A stretch of 64,000 nt of DNA from positions 74,524,001 through 74,588,000 of the forward strand of contig NC_059430.1 in NCBI RefSeq assembly GCF_021028975.2. The letters run 5' to 3'. Every line of letters starts with the position of its first letter. Within the stretch, counting starts at the first letter, position 1. The notes beneath the pieces were generated by a model. It was not told where the DNA came from. It did no database searches and saw only the letters and a list, made by a program, of their open reading frames with translations. Positions 38,480-50,403 of this stretch are shown piece by piece. A program made the translations under genes and the position numbers. This DNA is from Sphaerodactylus townsendi (Eukaryota).

Positions 38480-39929
38480 TTTGATAATACATAAAATAAA
38501 CCTTCATTCTTTCATTTCATGACAAAGGTATGCCAAACCATATTTAAAATTATTTTAGAGAATATCCAATCCAACCATTACTGCTTCCCCAAGAAAAACC
38601 ATTAATGAACACTAAACAGAATATTTCTATTTAAATGGATTTCCAAAATATGTAAATAGGGTCTGAATCTGCAATCTGTTCCCCATTCCTGCGGCCAATA
38701 GTATATCATCTTATACCAAGGAAAACTGGCAAGTGTGACATAGAAGACCACCTACAGTGGGATAGTTGTGAAAACACTGTGAAAGTCCATCAAATATAGG
38801 ATCAGAATTCTTTAGACTCCAGTAAATAAAACCCTGGGATGAGGCAGTCAAGCATCACTTCCTGCTAAAGACAAAGGTCACAAGTATCCAATCCAAAAAG
38901 GAAAATATTGAATGAACTCTTGGTCTGAAGAGGTGTTGCTTGTTCTTAACTGCCACAAAGCCATGCATAAATTGGTGGTATAGACAGCTGAAAAAAAATA
39001 AAAGCACTATATAAAAGAGTTTATAATTTTTTTACAGTTCCTCATTACAGCTGGCAATTTCGACAACAGATGATCTCATCGTCTGCTGTGCTCCTGCCAG
39101 AGAGCTTGCATACAAATAGATGTCTTTGTACCGTGGACCATAGAAACCTGCATCAAATTGGCCTTCTTTCCCTAACTTGAGCAGCAGAAACAAAGATGTG
39201 CTTGTTGCTGACCAAGAAGCAAGAGCTTTGTTTTGTAAGACTCTCTGAATGTAAGATGCTTTGCCACAGGAGAAAGTCCTCAGCTTTTTTTTCTTTGAAA
39301 GAGGGATAGAGGAGGATAAAAATGAGGGAGGGAGAAAAGAAAACAGCAAAAGAATAGAAAGTAGAAACTTGACAACAAATTAAATTGTATACTTCATTAG
39401 CAGATATTGATGTTGAAAGTATGGTGACCTTCCCTTCCCTCCTTTTTGTGCATACTAGTCACATTTCACGAGTTGAATAAAAATGAAAGGGAAGGGGGCT
39501 TTAATTAATTAGATGCCTTTTGATTTGTAGAGCAAAACTGCTAGAGCAGATGCAGTAGAAAAGAGGATTAGATTGTCCGTTTGCTGACACACTGAAATTT
39601 TCTCTTTCCTTCCCTTTTTTGGTAAAACCCCATTGAGGAAGGTTTGCCTTCAGTAGATTCAGCACAGCTAAAGAAACTGTTGTATTTGGTTACAATGGCA
39701 GCTCTCATAAGCCTAGACAGAATATGTGAGGAGAGAGCTAATAGTCATTGAAATGGAAGGTTTCGTTAAGAAGAGTAAGGAAAAGAGAACTGCTGAGTCT
39801 GAATTCCTTCAAAGCATATAAAATGGGTAGTATCAAAAGGAAATCTGAAATAATCCTGATTAGAGACACTCATTTTGAAGAGTGCAGATAATGATTCCCA
39901 TGCTTAAATCTGTTTTAGATGTTTTAGAT

Positions 39930-40392
39930 CAGGGGAAGGAACCTGCGGCTCGAGAGCCGCATGCGGCTCTTCTGCCCTTGCAATGCGGCTCCACGAGCTG
40001 AGCCGCCGGCCCCATCCTTGCCCGCCCTGCAGGCAGCAGGGTAGGCGCACCAACTGCCAACGCCGGCTGGGCTGCGCCACAGGCTTCCCCTCTCACCCGC
40101 CCTATTTGAGCGGGGCAGGCGCTTTCCCGGCAGCCAGAGACTGAGCTGCTGGCCCCATCCTTGCCCGCCCTGCAGGCAGCAGGGCGGACGCATCCATGCG
40201 CTTCTCAGAATGAGCGGAGTAAAAGGTTAAAAAAACCCAATATATACAGTGTTATCTTTATTTTAAATGTCAAAAATTATTTGCGGCTCCCAAGTGTTTT
40301 CTTTTCCCATGGTAAATGGGTCCAAATGGCTCTTTGAGTGTTAAAGGTTCTTTGAGTGTTAAAGGTTGAGTGTTAAAGGTTCCCTACCCCTG
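39930..40392. mobile_element. Non-autonomous hAT-Charlie element
   Basis: Termini caggggaaggaacct...aggttccctacccctg; exact TSD ttttagat; gcggctcgagagccgc subterminal palindrome. Confidence 0.85.
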
Positions 40393-43300
40393 TTTTAGAT
40401 AATCCACCTGTTTTTTTAATGTCTGTGTCTAAGTTATATGCCTCCACTTTTAAATCTTTATTGAGTAATTTCTGTTGTATGAGAATGCTGAGGCTTGATA
40501 AAAAAACAGAATCAGGCAGAGTTGTTATTTGTCTAATTTGTTGACACAAAAACTGATTGTGGATTGTTGCCTAAATCAATTTCAGTACAGCATCTTCTGT
40601 ACCATTAATCAACAGGACTTCAACAGGTAATGGCTATCTGAATAATTTACTTCTCATGGTTCTATGGCAGGACACCTGCTTTGCAAGTAAAGTTCCCCAT
40701 CAGCATTGATAGCAGGTCTGTGAAAGACCTTGAAACCATGGAGCGAATAAATATTATTGGACTACATGGGCCAGTGACCTCACTCAAGTCATGTCCATAC
40801 ACGCTATGTATATATTTTAACTTAACAAATTATGCTGAATTAACATTTGCGCCCAGATGTGCAGAGGTTTCATCTGGTGAATAGCCACAGGACACATCTT
40901 GGAATTAAAATGGGCCACAGCCCTTTTTATTGAGGCAGAAGCTAGGCATGCAAGAGGAGCACATCCATTCAGCAGCCGGTCAACACCCATGGCTGAACCC
41001 CGGCACCAACCTCAATCCATATTGGGGAGGAAAGAGAAAGTACTGGGCCACCTCGGCACCCGCCTGGCCTAGCTCCATTAAAAACAGCAAGCGCTGGTTC
41101 AGTTTGCTCCAGGCGTTGAAGAAGGCCGGACCAACTGCGTGCTGCCTAATATATAGGGAGCGTGCTCCGCCCCTTGCGCTCATGCGCCAACGCGATCAGG
41201 CAGGGTATGACTCAACCGCCCAACGGGACCAGGGCACGCATACTCACTGCTCAGGAGCTCACCATGTGCCCTGTCCCCTGTCGCAATTACGGCGTGGTTG
41301 ACTCTAGTGCTGTTATTTATAATATCTATAATATAATATTTGAATTATACAGAAATTATACAATTTCTCAATATCTGGGGAAAAATGAATGGGGTTGCTA
41401 AGGAATATACTTTTCTTCAGAATATCATAGATAACACTCAAGAATGGACATGATTATGGGGACAAAATACTTGAGCTTAGTGGCAGAAAGTAAAATAATA
41501 GAACCTAAGATTATATCAGATTTTAGGGGAGACTACTTGAGATATGGAGATATATTAATAAAATCAGAAGTAGACATTAAACCGAAAGACACAAAATTAT
41601 AGTAAATAAAGAACACCACCAGTAGTTTTCGTATTGTCAATTAAAAGAAAAATTCTTTTTTTCTTTTTCTTTTTTTAAAAGAAAAATTAACACAGGATGG
41701 GAAGATAGGTTTTGGAATGGAAGAGTCAGAATTATGGATGGCTTTAAGGTCATCTGTCAGGGAGGGCAAGGCTGTTTCCGTACCATTACCTTGCCTGAAA
41801 CCAGTCCCAACTTGTCTCTCTGGCCAAGCACCAATAACAAAGTCTCTACACCAGCCGCAAGGTGGGAGGGTCATTTGGTCAGCCATTCCCCCACCCTGTT
41901 TTACCAGCTTAGGCTGGTACTACACACAGTAACCATGAGGCAGAGCTCAGTATGCACCGGACCCCCAGCTCCCTCACCCAGGTCTCTGTGAGGCACACCA
42001 GGTCAGTCCCCTCATCAGATCAAGCCCTAGATGAGAACAAATTTATTTTGGACCAATCTGGCATGCACAAGCAGCAGCACCAGGAAAGAAGACTGGATGA
42101 CATGTACCGCTTGGTCTCCCAAGGCTGGGGGGCAGAGTGAAAGGGATGATAGCATATAAACACCCATGATCCCTTCTCCGCAACCTAGCTCTCTACGCCT
42201 CCACACCACAGTGCCCCCTGCCTATTAGCACTGAAATACAGCCCTCATGCCCCCTCTTCCTCCCTACCCAGACAGATGTACCCCAACTAGCTTATCCCCT
42301 GACCTCAGATATTGAGCCCTCAGATTAGGCACCACCACAAGTCACGCTAGCCAACAGTCAGGTTGGGCCCTCCATCTCCAACTTGAAAGGAGGATGCTTG
42401 CAAACTACTCTCCCTCCTCCCATTCAGGATTAGAATCTTCTCTCTCAGAGCTACCTTCTCATCCTAGCCCTGTATACCACCAACTACTGACTACTATGCC
42501 CAGCTAAAGCAGTGTCGGGGCAGATCAGGGGGACTCCCAACTGCTGGCCAAAAGTTACTCCCCCATAACTCATGTCTAAACAAGAGACCACCTGCACCAC
42601 CCTACCCTACCACCACGGGGACACATGGGGTCACATGTCCCCATTCACACACCATCCCATCACGTGGGTGTGCAAAAACCACCCCCACACCCCTCCTCCC
42701 CTGTGCCAACTCAGGTCCCAGGTCGGCGAGGGGGAGAAGGGGTGTGTTGTGTGGAGGTTATTTTGCACTCCCCCACACCTCCCTTGTGCTGATTCAGCTT
42801 GTCCAAGTTGGCACAGGGGAGGAGGGGACGGCACCCATGGGGGTGCAAAATCGCCCCCACATCCTTCCCCCTCGCCGGCCCTAGTCCCACCAGGCCACTT
42901 CTTCAGCCAGTGGAGGCTGAAGGAGCAGCCTAGCAGGGCTACCACAGGTAGCCACAGCCAAGCGCCCCTCTGACCCACCCCACCAGGCTGCCAGGGCCCA
43001 TCCTACCACAGACTCAGGTAAGTGGGCTGCGGAGGCGTAGCTATAATGGGATGCGGGAGCATAGCTGCCCTGGGACACAGGGGGCATAGCTACTACGGGG
43101 GGGACAGAGGCCACCAATTTGCCCCGGGAGCCATTTTCCCCCACTATGCCTCTGCCTACCCCTCAAGCCAATTATTAAAAAGTGACCTGCTGTATCCCCA
43201 CTGGTTCCCCAAATGTTGGCAGAATATTCTCCTGCCCATTCTAGAATTTTAATTAGTTATTTTGTTCATCAGCAGAGTGAACCATAATTTACACATCCAA

Positions 43301-43761
43301 ACTTCAGGAAGCTTACTTTTTTTTCCCCAGTGCTGTGGCACAGTCAATCTGGCTGCAACCAGTAAATTTCTTACCAGTTACTTTCTTTTTGATTTATAAC
43401 TACTTGGAACCATATTTACTAAGACAAACTTAGGTTCCGTAAACAATTTAACCCCTAGTAGTTCTCCTAATACACTCAACACTTCTTTCTAGAATACCTT
43501 TGTGGCTGAGCAAGACCACCAAAGAAGAAAAAGTGAGCCATCTTTACTACTACATCTCCAGCATCCCTTCAAAACAGTCTTCCCTATTTGAGCCACTTTA
43601 TCTAGGTTTAAATAACATGTGTATAACATTTTTACTGTGTTTTCTTATATATTTATATTCGGAGCAAAGTACTTAATGTATTGTCGAAGGCTTTCACGGC
43701 CGGAATCACTTGGGTGCTGTGTGGTTTCCGGGCCGTATGGCCGTGTTCTAGCAGCATTCTC

Positions 43762-43804
43762 TCCTGACGTTTCGCCTGCATCTGTGGCTGGCATCTTCAG
43801 AGGA
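43762..43804 (-). ncRNA. Minimal hammerhead ribozyme motif (mirror copy)
   Basis: Exact reverse complement of 43865-43907. Confidence 0.75.
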
Positions 43805-43864
43805 TGCTTGTAATCGGGGGGGGGGGGGTAATAATGGAAATCAAAAGTCTAATACATTTCATGA

Positions 43865-43907
43865 TCCTCTGAAGATGCCAGCCACAGATGCAGGCGAAAC
43901 GTCAGGA
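43865..43907 (+). ncRNA. Minimal hammerhead ribozyme motif (PLE type)
   Basis: tcct-CTGAAGA-t-gccagc(cacagat)gcaggc-GAAAC-GTC-agga: intact core, helix II, helix I tcct/agga; predicted cleavage after 43903. Confidence 0.75.
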
Positions 43908-45377
43908 GAGAATGCTGCTAGAACACGGCCATACAGCCCGGAAACCACACAGCACCCAAAGTACTTAATATTCTTATGAAGCTAGAATGATTGTTCCTAA
44001 TATTTCTTGTAGATCTTTTCCCTAAATCGTTTTATAAAAGAGGAATTTTTGCCCAGGTGAATTAATAATTCATATGTATTAGCTACCAATTTAGACTGCT
44101 TCTCCAGCTCATATTTATCTTTTTCAAAATCTTTTAAGTCTCACACTATATTTATTTCTTATTGTCTCTGTCATTAAACTTATAATTGAAATATTGAAAT
44201 ACTGATATTCTAAGATGTGTCCCACTGTTTTCTCTCTTACCTCACTGTAAATCAAGATTATTTCCTCCTCTGCAAAGTTCACAACTCTTATTAGATCTTT
44301 GTCAATACAGGTACTGAACATGCCATGTTCAAAAGTCTAATACATTTCTTTCCTATTAAAATTGGCATGTAAATTGAATTCTTTAGGTTGAAATAATTTC
44401 ATTATTTTCCCCAGCTTTCACTGCAGTTTGCCAAACCTCATGGTTCCCAACATCATGCCAGAATGCTTTTTCTCTCCAAATTCATATAGATAATGGCATA
44501 TCAATCCATAGCTGCTTGACTTCCCAGATCTGTTTGACTCCAATCTTCCTGAACCAATCAGATATAGCAGCTAATTTGGAAGTATAATAACATTTTACAC
44601 TATATGGAGCTGCAAGTCCCCCTCTTGCCAAAACCACCTCATAATTTTAGCTTGTAATCGGGGGGGGGGGGTAATAATTTCTTATGAATGTATTGAATAA
44701 CTATCTTAAATAGCAGGGTTTGCTTAACTAATAATGGAAATAGAATAAACAATAAAATAATTCAAGGCAATATCTTCCTTTTTAATACTGCTACATGCCC
44801 TAATGCTAATTATTCAATTTTAAAAATCGTCAAATTATGGTAATGTACCAAAGCTATCACTCACCATTGTTAACAAATTACTAGATAAAATAATTCCCAA
44901 ATATTTAGCATTGTTTCCCAGCCACTCTTGATCCTGTGATTATTGAAATTTCCAATCTGGTCTCCTCAGCAAAACTGATATTGTTCTATTAATTTTATAC
45001 TGCGATATTTGGTTAGATGCATTAAGGATATTGCCTTACTCTCATATAGATTGTTTTAGCTTCTGTAAGGCAAGGACAATATCATCTGTGGATAGCAGTC
45101 ATTTTGTTTCTGAACTGGAGGTTTCAGTACCTTAAATGTTAGAGTTCTGTCTAATCTTAATGGCTAAAACTCCTACTACCAGATTAAATAAAGATTCATT
45201 TGCATTCCACTCTAGCCTCATAGCTCAATCCCAGGTGTGATGAAGGAATATTGTCCTGCAGATACATAGATCTCCCTCTAGGTCCTGGAATGTTCCTTCT
45301 AGCCTTGGTAAATACCCTAACAATTCGGTAAAATTCAGATTTGGATTTATTCAGGCATAACATTATCTGTATGCCCA

Positions 45378-45498
45378 CAGTGGTGTAGGAGGTTAAGAGC
45401 TCATGTATCTAATCTGGAGGAACAGGGTTTGATTCCCAGCTCTGCCGCCTGAGCTGTGGAGGTTTATCTGGGGAATTCAGATTAGCCTGTGCACTCCC
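45378..45498 (+). mobile_element. Squam3-like SINE 5' fragment
   Basis: A-box-like tggtgtaggagg and B box ggtttgattcc; matches the reverse complement of 4570-4693. Confidence 0.8.
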
Positions 45499-46057
45499 TC
45501 CATCTCTTTTCCTCATGTTTCCAGGAACATGGTAAGGTATTTTAACTTACAACCCTCAGAAAATTGAAGATTGTTTTTCAGTTCCATTCTGCTATTCTGA
45601 ACAAAATTTTAATCATAATTTTTAAAAGAATCATATATTTGAACTCTCCTGTATAATAGGTAAACTTTCATGTTTGTTAATACTCTCATCAGCTACAATT
45701 TCACTGGAAAATCACTTCACAAAAAGAGAGGAGAGGAAATGGATCTTTCAGTATTTAGAAACTAAATGATTACTATGCTTCAAATGTAATTTTCCTCTAC
45801 AACATGAAGGAGCTCCATTATTTCCAGGGATTTCCATTGCTTGCAGGCAGGACTGAATGATTTATTTTTTGTACTTTTGCCTAAAAGCATATGTTGACAG
45901 AATTAACTAATGTCCAGAGACTTCAGAAACAAGATTCAAAGTGTTGCATGTAGTTAGACACAACATTGAGTTCTGTTACTCCTAGAATCTCAGCTGGTAC
46001 TAATCAGTTCAGCTATTTGACTGAAAGCAGCAGAATGAAGTTATTACATACTGTCTT

Positions 46058-46205
46058 CTTCAAGGCAAGAGACAAATAAAGGTGATTTGCCATGGCCTGT
46101 CTTCACAACAACCCTGGAATTGCTTAGTGGTCTCCCATCCAAGCACTAATTTTAAAAAATCCGCTTGGCTTTTAAGATCTGATGCAATCCAGACAGCCTG
46201 GGCCA
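46058..46205 (-). mobile_element. Degenerate 5S-derived SINE
   Basis: ggtctcccatccaagcactaa is the reverse complement of the 5S C-box region; tail motif as in 27149-27677. Confidence 0.6.
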
Positions 46206-46498
46206 CTATCCTGGTTTTAGTAAAATGATTTCAAAAGCTAACTTTTGGAAAAGATGACTGGCATTGAGCAGCATCTAGTTCAGACCAGTGACCCCTTTGG
46301 CATAATGCTTAAAATCTGTTTCGTTCTCAAAGTGGAGACAGGACAGTAGCTAGCAAGAAACATATACAAAACTAATACAAACCATCTTTAAAAAGGATTA
46401 AGGAATAATTGGACAACAAAGAAGGGGGGGAGGGCTACAACATATGAAGTGGACATTCTCAGAGGTCCCTAAAGACCATGATGAGACATATTGGCCAG

Positions 46499-46714
46499 TA
46501 GGGTTACCAGCCATAAGGTGAGATCTAGAAATCTCCTGGATTTACAACTGATTTACAGACTGCAGCAATCAGTTTCCCTGGAGTAAGTGGGAGCTCCAGA
46601 GGGTGACCTCCATGATATCACACCCCTGCTCAGCTCCCTCTTATCTCAAAACTCCACCCTCCCCTAGCATCAACCCCAAATCTCCAGTAATTTCCCAATC
46701 CAAAATTGGCAACT
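46499..46714 (+). mobile_element. hAT-Blackjack-like MITE
   Basis: tagggttacca...tggcaact termini plus family body. Confidence 0.65.
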
Positions 46715-47034
46715 TGTCAAAGAACATTTAAAACGTGATCCATGGTGGGGGGGGGGGGAGTTTTTTTAATCAAACATTATTCAATTCTATTCCACATCTC
46801 TAGTTCATCCACAATTCCTACCTTAGTACGGGACAAAACATTTGTACAAGAAACTTTGGGTTAGTCAGGCTTTATGGTCTACTGAAGAGCTTTATAGCAG
46901 TGCTCATCTTTATATACCCCCATCACTGTAGCTAGAAGATAAAACTTTGTGAGAAGGGAAGGAGAAGGAATTGAGGAAGAGAAAAATTGACTACTGTGGA
47001 GTTAGGTAACAGGAAAATATTTTGAATGGGCTGT

Positions 47035-47235
47035 TAGGTTTGCCTACTGCATCTTGGAAAATTACTGCAGATTTGGGGCAGTGTCTGGTGACCGGAGAAT
47101 TTGAGGAGGAGAGAGAGGAAGATCAGTGGGGACGTAATGCCACAGGGTCCACCCCCTGAAACTGCCATTTCCTCCAGGGGAATTGATCTCTATCACTTGG
47201 ATCAGTTTAAACTCTGGGAGAACACCAGACCCTAA
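47035..47235 (-). mobile_element. hAT-Blackjack-like MITE
   Basis: taggtttgcc...gacccta termini; reverse-orientation family body. Confidence 0.6.
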
Positions 47236-49004
47236 CTTTAAGCAGGTAATCCTAGGATCAGGTCTTTTTGACAATTCAGATAATTCTCTTAGGAATCCCA
47301 AGCTATCCCCAAGAACTCTCTGAAAATCTTGGAAAGAACATGAGATGATGATTGTTGGAACTTCTCCAGTTGGTACACTCAAAACATAGAATGTTATTTT
47401 CTTTTTGAATACTAAATATTCCAGTTGCTGCCCTTTGCTTAATCAGATACCACACCAAGCAGGGAGAGTTATGTAAGGTGTTCATGCACAGAGGCAGTGC
47501 ACTTGTTTAAGAAAACCCCATACTGGACAGAACTAGAAGGCAGTCATTTGTGTGTGTTATTTTATGCCATCAACTCCACAGTTATCAGTACTGTGATTCA
47601 CATTTAGAGTCAGAATTTACTCTGGGGGCACAATGCTTTGATTTGTAACAGCTTGAAATGAATTGTTCCTACATGTCGCATGAAGGAAATACAATAAGAC
47701 ATTTTTACTGCTTAAGTCTGACGCCCTTCATGTTTGCCTCTCTGCTGAGAGATTATGAATGCCACAAATAATCTCTCAATGAACTTAATAAATGAAATGA
47801 GGAAACAGAATTTTGTCTTGATCACAGCCGACAGAAGCTTATGACATTCAGCTACCATTAAGCATGGGGTTTTAGAATTGCTGTTGCTTGGCAACTGAGT
47901 TACCCTTCTCTTCTAGAGGTGTCATTTGGTGAACTGCACCATTTTCTCTTCTAGCCTCTGCCTTAATAGGGTCTCTAGTAAATAATATCAAGAAGCAGTT
48001 AACACCAAGGGCCATCCAGAGGTGCTCTAAAAGTTTGATGCCATTTATTTTTTATACGATCACACTCAAGCTTCTGTCTAATGACCCAGATTTTGCCTGT
48101 GGTAGAAATGAAAAGATATAATTGGCATATCAGTTGCCATGGGAGAAGCTGCTTGAGTATAGCACTCTCCTTTTCCTCCTCCCATCACTGCCATCCTTCA
48201 GAAAGATACAAAAATGCCACATTTTCTTCTGACTATAAGCTGCTGGGTGATTTGCTAGAAACCCCCATACAATCCACTCAGAATTCACCCACATTCTTTA
48301 GCTTAAAGTGATTATCTTTTTATGTTTCTGGAGTTATATACAATATTATCAAATTATTTAGGATTCAACAGATTTTTATCCCACCCTTCTTCCAAGAAGC
48401 TCATAGTAGTACACCTGATTTGTCCCTCTTCCATTGGATCTGCAACAACCTTGTTTGAAATGTCAAACTGAGGGAGAATTACTAAACTACGACCACTTAG
48501 GAGGTTCACAGTAAATCGGGATTTTAATCTGGGTTTCCTCTTTCCTAGGCCTCCTCCTGACACAGCCAAACCCCTTTACCCTCTCCTGAGCTCTCTCTGG
48601 ACCAAGTGCCAGTGCTCCAGTGAGTCTAAAATGGCAATTGCTGAGCAACAGGATGATCCATGTGTACGGGAGGTTTTCAGAGGAAGACTTGTTCTTAAAT
48701 GAATGTGAGTCAGTGGGTCATAAGTCATGCAGGCTTCAAATACTTTCACCTACACGTAGGAAAAGAAATGTTGTATATGTTAGGGAGAAAAAATATGTTA
48801 GGGAGAAAAAAATAAAGGAATAACAAGAGAGAATTTTTGCCTAATTTCAGCTAACCTTTCAGCTAACTCTGGGTAGTCCTTTCCTTGGTGGCTGAGGCAT
48901 TGGTTGGGTTGCCAACATTAAAACAAGTCCCTCTTGCTGTCCCTTTCATATTAATTTAATCTACAAGCAATTGCTAGGTGATGTCATTTAACTTACCTCT
49001 TAGT

Positions 49005-49887
49005 CTGCCTGACATCAATATCAGGAAAGATTCTAGAGCAGATAATTAAACGGTCTGTAAACACTTAGAAGGGAATGCCATGATCATTAAAAGTCAATAT
49101 GGGTTTCTCAAAAACAAGTTATGCCAGACTAATCTTACCTATTTTTTGATAGTGTCAAGCTTGGGAGAGAAAGGGAATGTTGTGGAAGTAGTATACCTTG
49201 AATTCAGTAAGGCCCTTCACAAGGCCTTCATGATATTCTTGCAAAAAAGCCACAAAATCTAGACAATGTTACTGTTGGGTGGATTTGTAATTGGTTGACT
49301 GACCAAACCGAAAGGGTGCTCACCAATGGCTTGTCTTCATCCTGGAGAGAAGTGACTAGTGGGGTGCCGCAGGGTTCTGTCCGGGGCCCGTTGCTGTTCA
49401 GTAGTTTTATCGATGACTTGGATGATGGAATAGAGGGCATGCTAATCAAATTTGCAGATGACACCAAATTAGGAAGGGTAGCAAATATTCCAGAGGATTA
49501 AGTCAGAATTCAAAATGACCTTGATAGAGCTGGGACAAGACTAACAAAATGAATTTCAGCAGGGAGGAATGCAAGGTATTACACTTTGGCAGAAAAAACG
49601 AAATGCACAAATATAACAGGTGACATCTGGTTTGACAGCAGTACATAAGGAGGAGATCTGGGAGTCTTAGTAGTCCACAAGCTGAACATGAGTCAACAGT
49701 GTGATGTGGTAGCTAAGAAAGCCATTGCAATTCTTGGCTACAGCAATAGGAGTATAGTGTCTAGATCAAGAAAAGTAATAATTACCACTCTATTCTGCAC
49801 TGGTCAGGCATCACCTGGAATACAAAGTCCAGAGGAGGGTGACCAAAATGGTAAAGGTCTGGAACTCATGCCCTATGAGGAAAGAGT
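49005..49887 (+). mobile_element. CR1 LINE ORF2 (RT domain) remnant, part 1
   Basis: [70 protein letters not shown]. Confidence 0.9.
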
Positions 49888-50288
49888 TGCAGCCCAACCC
49901 AGAAGGCTTCCAGGTGGCACAGGGAGACAGTTGAATGGAAAAAAGCCCTGCCACCCAGAAGCCTTTCATCGGGCTTAATGGAGTTATGGTCGCATAACTC
50001 CGAGCCCCAGGCTGTGGTCTTCATGGCCCTAAACCCTGGCTGAAAGTCTACTAAAGTTGATTCTGCCCCCGGGAACACCCCAGGTCTGTTCTCCCCATGC
50101 CAGTTCCAAGAGGACACCAGAATTGCTCCACGGCAGCCCGGACTTCTGGATTTTAATGTCATTGGGCAGAGGAGTGGTCAGGCACTGGCAACATTGCCTC
50201 TCCACTGGTAGAGGTGCCCTTTGCACTGGAAAAGGGGGGAAATGCATCGGCACAGCTCTCCGCTGCTTCCTGGGAGCATTCAGCCCCC
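49888..50288. mobile_element. Unclassified ~400-bp insertion (MITE-like) in CR1
   Basis: Interrupts the CR1 MPYEER|RELGMFSLEKRRL junction. Confidence 0.55.
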
Positions 50289-50355
50289 AGGGAGCAGTAT
50301 GTTTTAGTCTGGAGAAGAGAAGATTAAGGGGTGACATGACAGCCATGTTTAAATA
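50289..50355 (+). mobile_element. CR1 remnant, part 2
   Basis: Translates to FSLEKRRLRGDMTAMFKY. Confidence 0.85.

Positions 50356-50402
<47 letters not shown>
50356..50402. repeat. (TAT/TAA)n microsatellite at the Dong 3' end
   Basis: Directly visible. Confidence 0.95.

Positions 50403-50403
<1 letters not shown>

Larger units (their letters stand above)
43678..43959. mobile_element. Young Penelope-like element (PLE) inverted pseudo-LTR insertion
   Basis: 96-bp inverted arms at 43710-43805 and 43864-43959 with one mismatch seen; 32-nt one-sided tail; flanking direct repeat caaagtacttaat. Confidence 0.8.

Noticed and set aside
41756-42620. Possible solo LTR (TG start, minus-strand AATAAA near 42041)
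   Set aside because: Could not find a matching CA end with a TSD.
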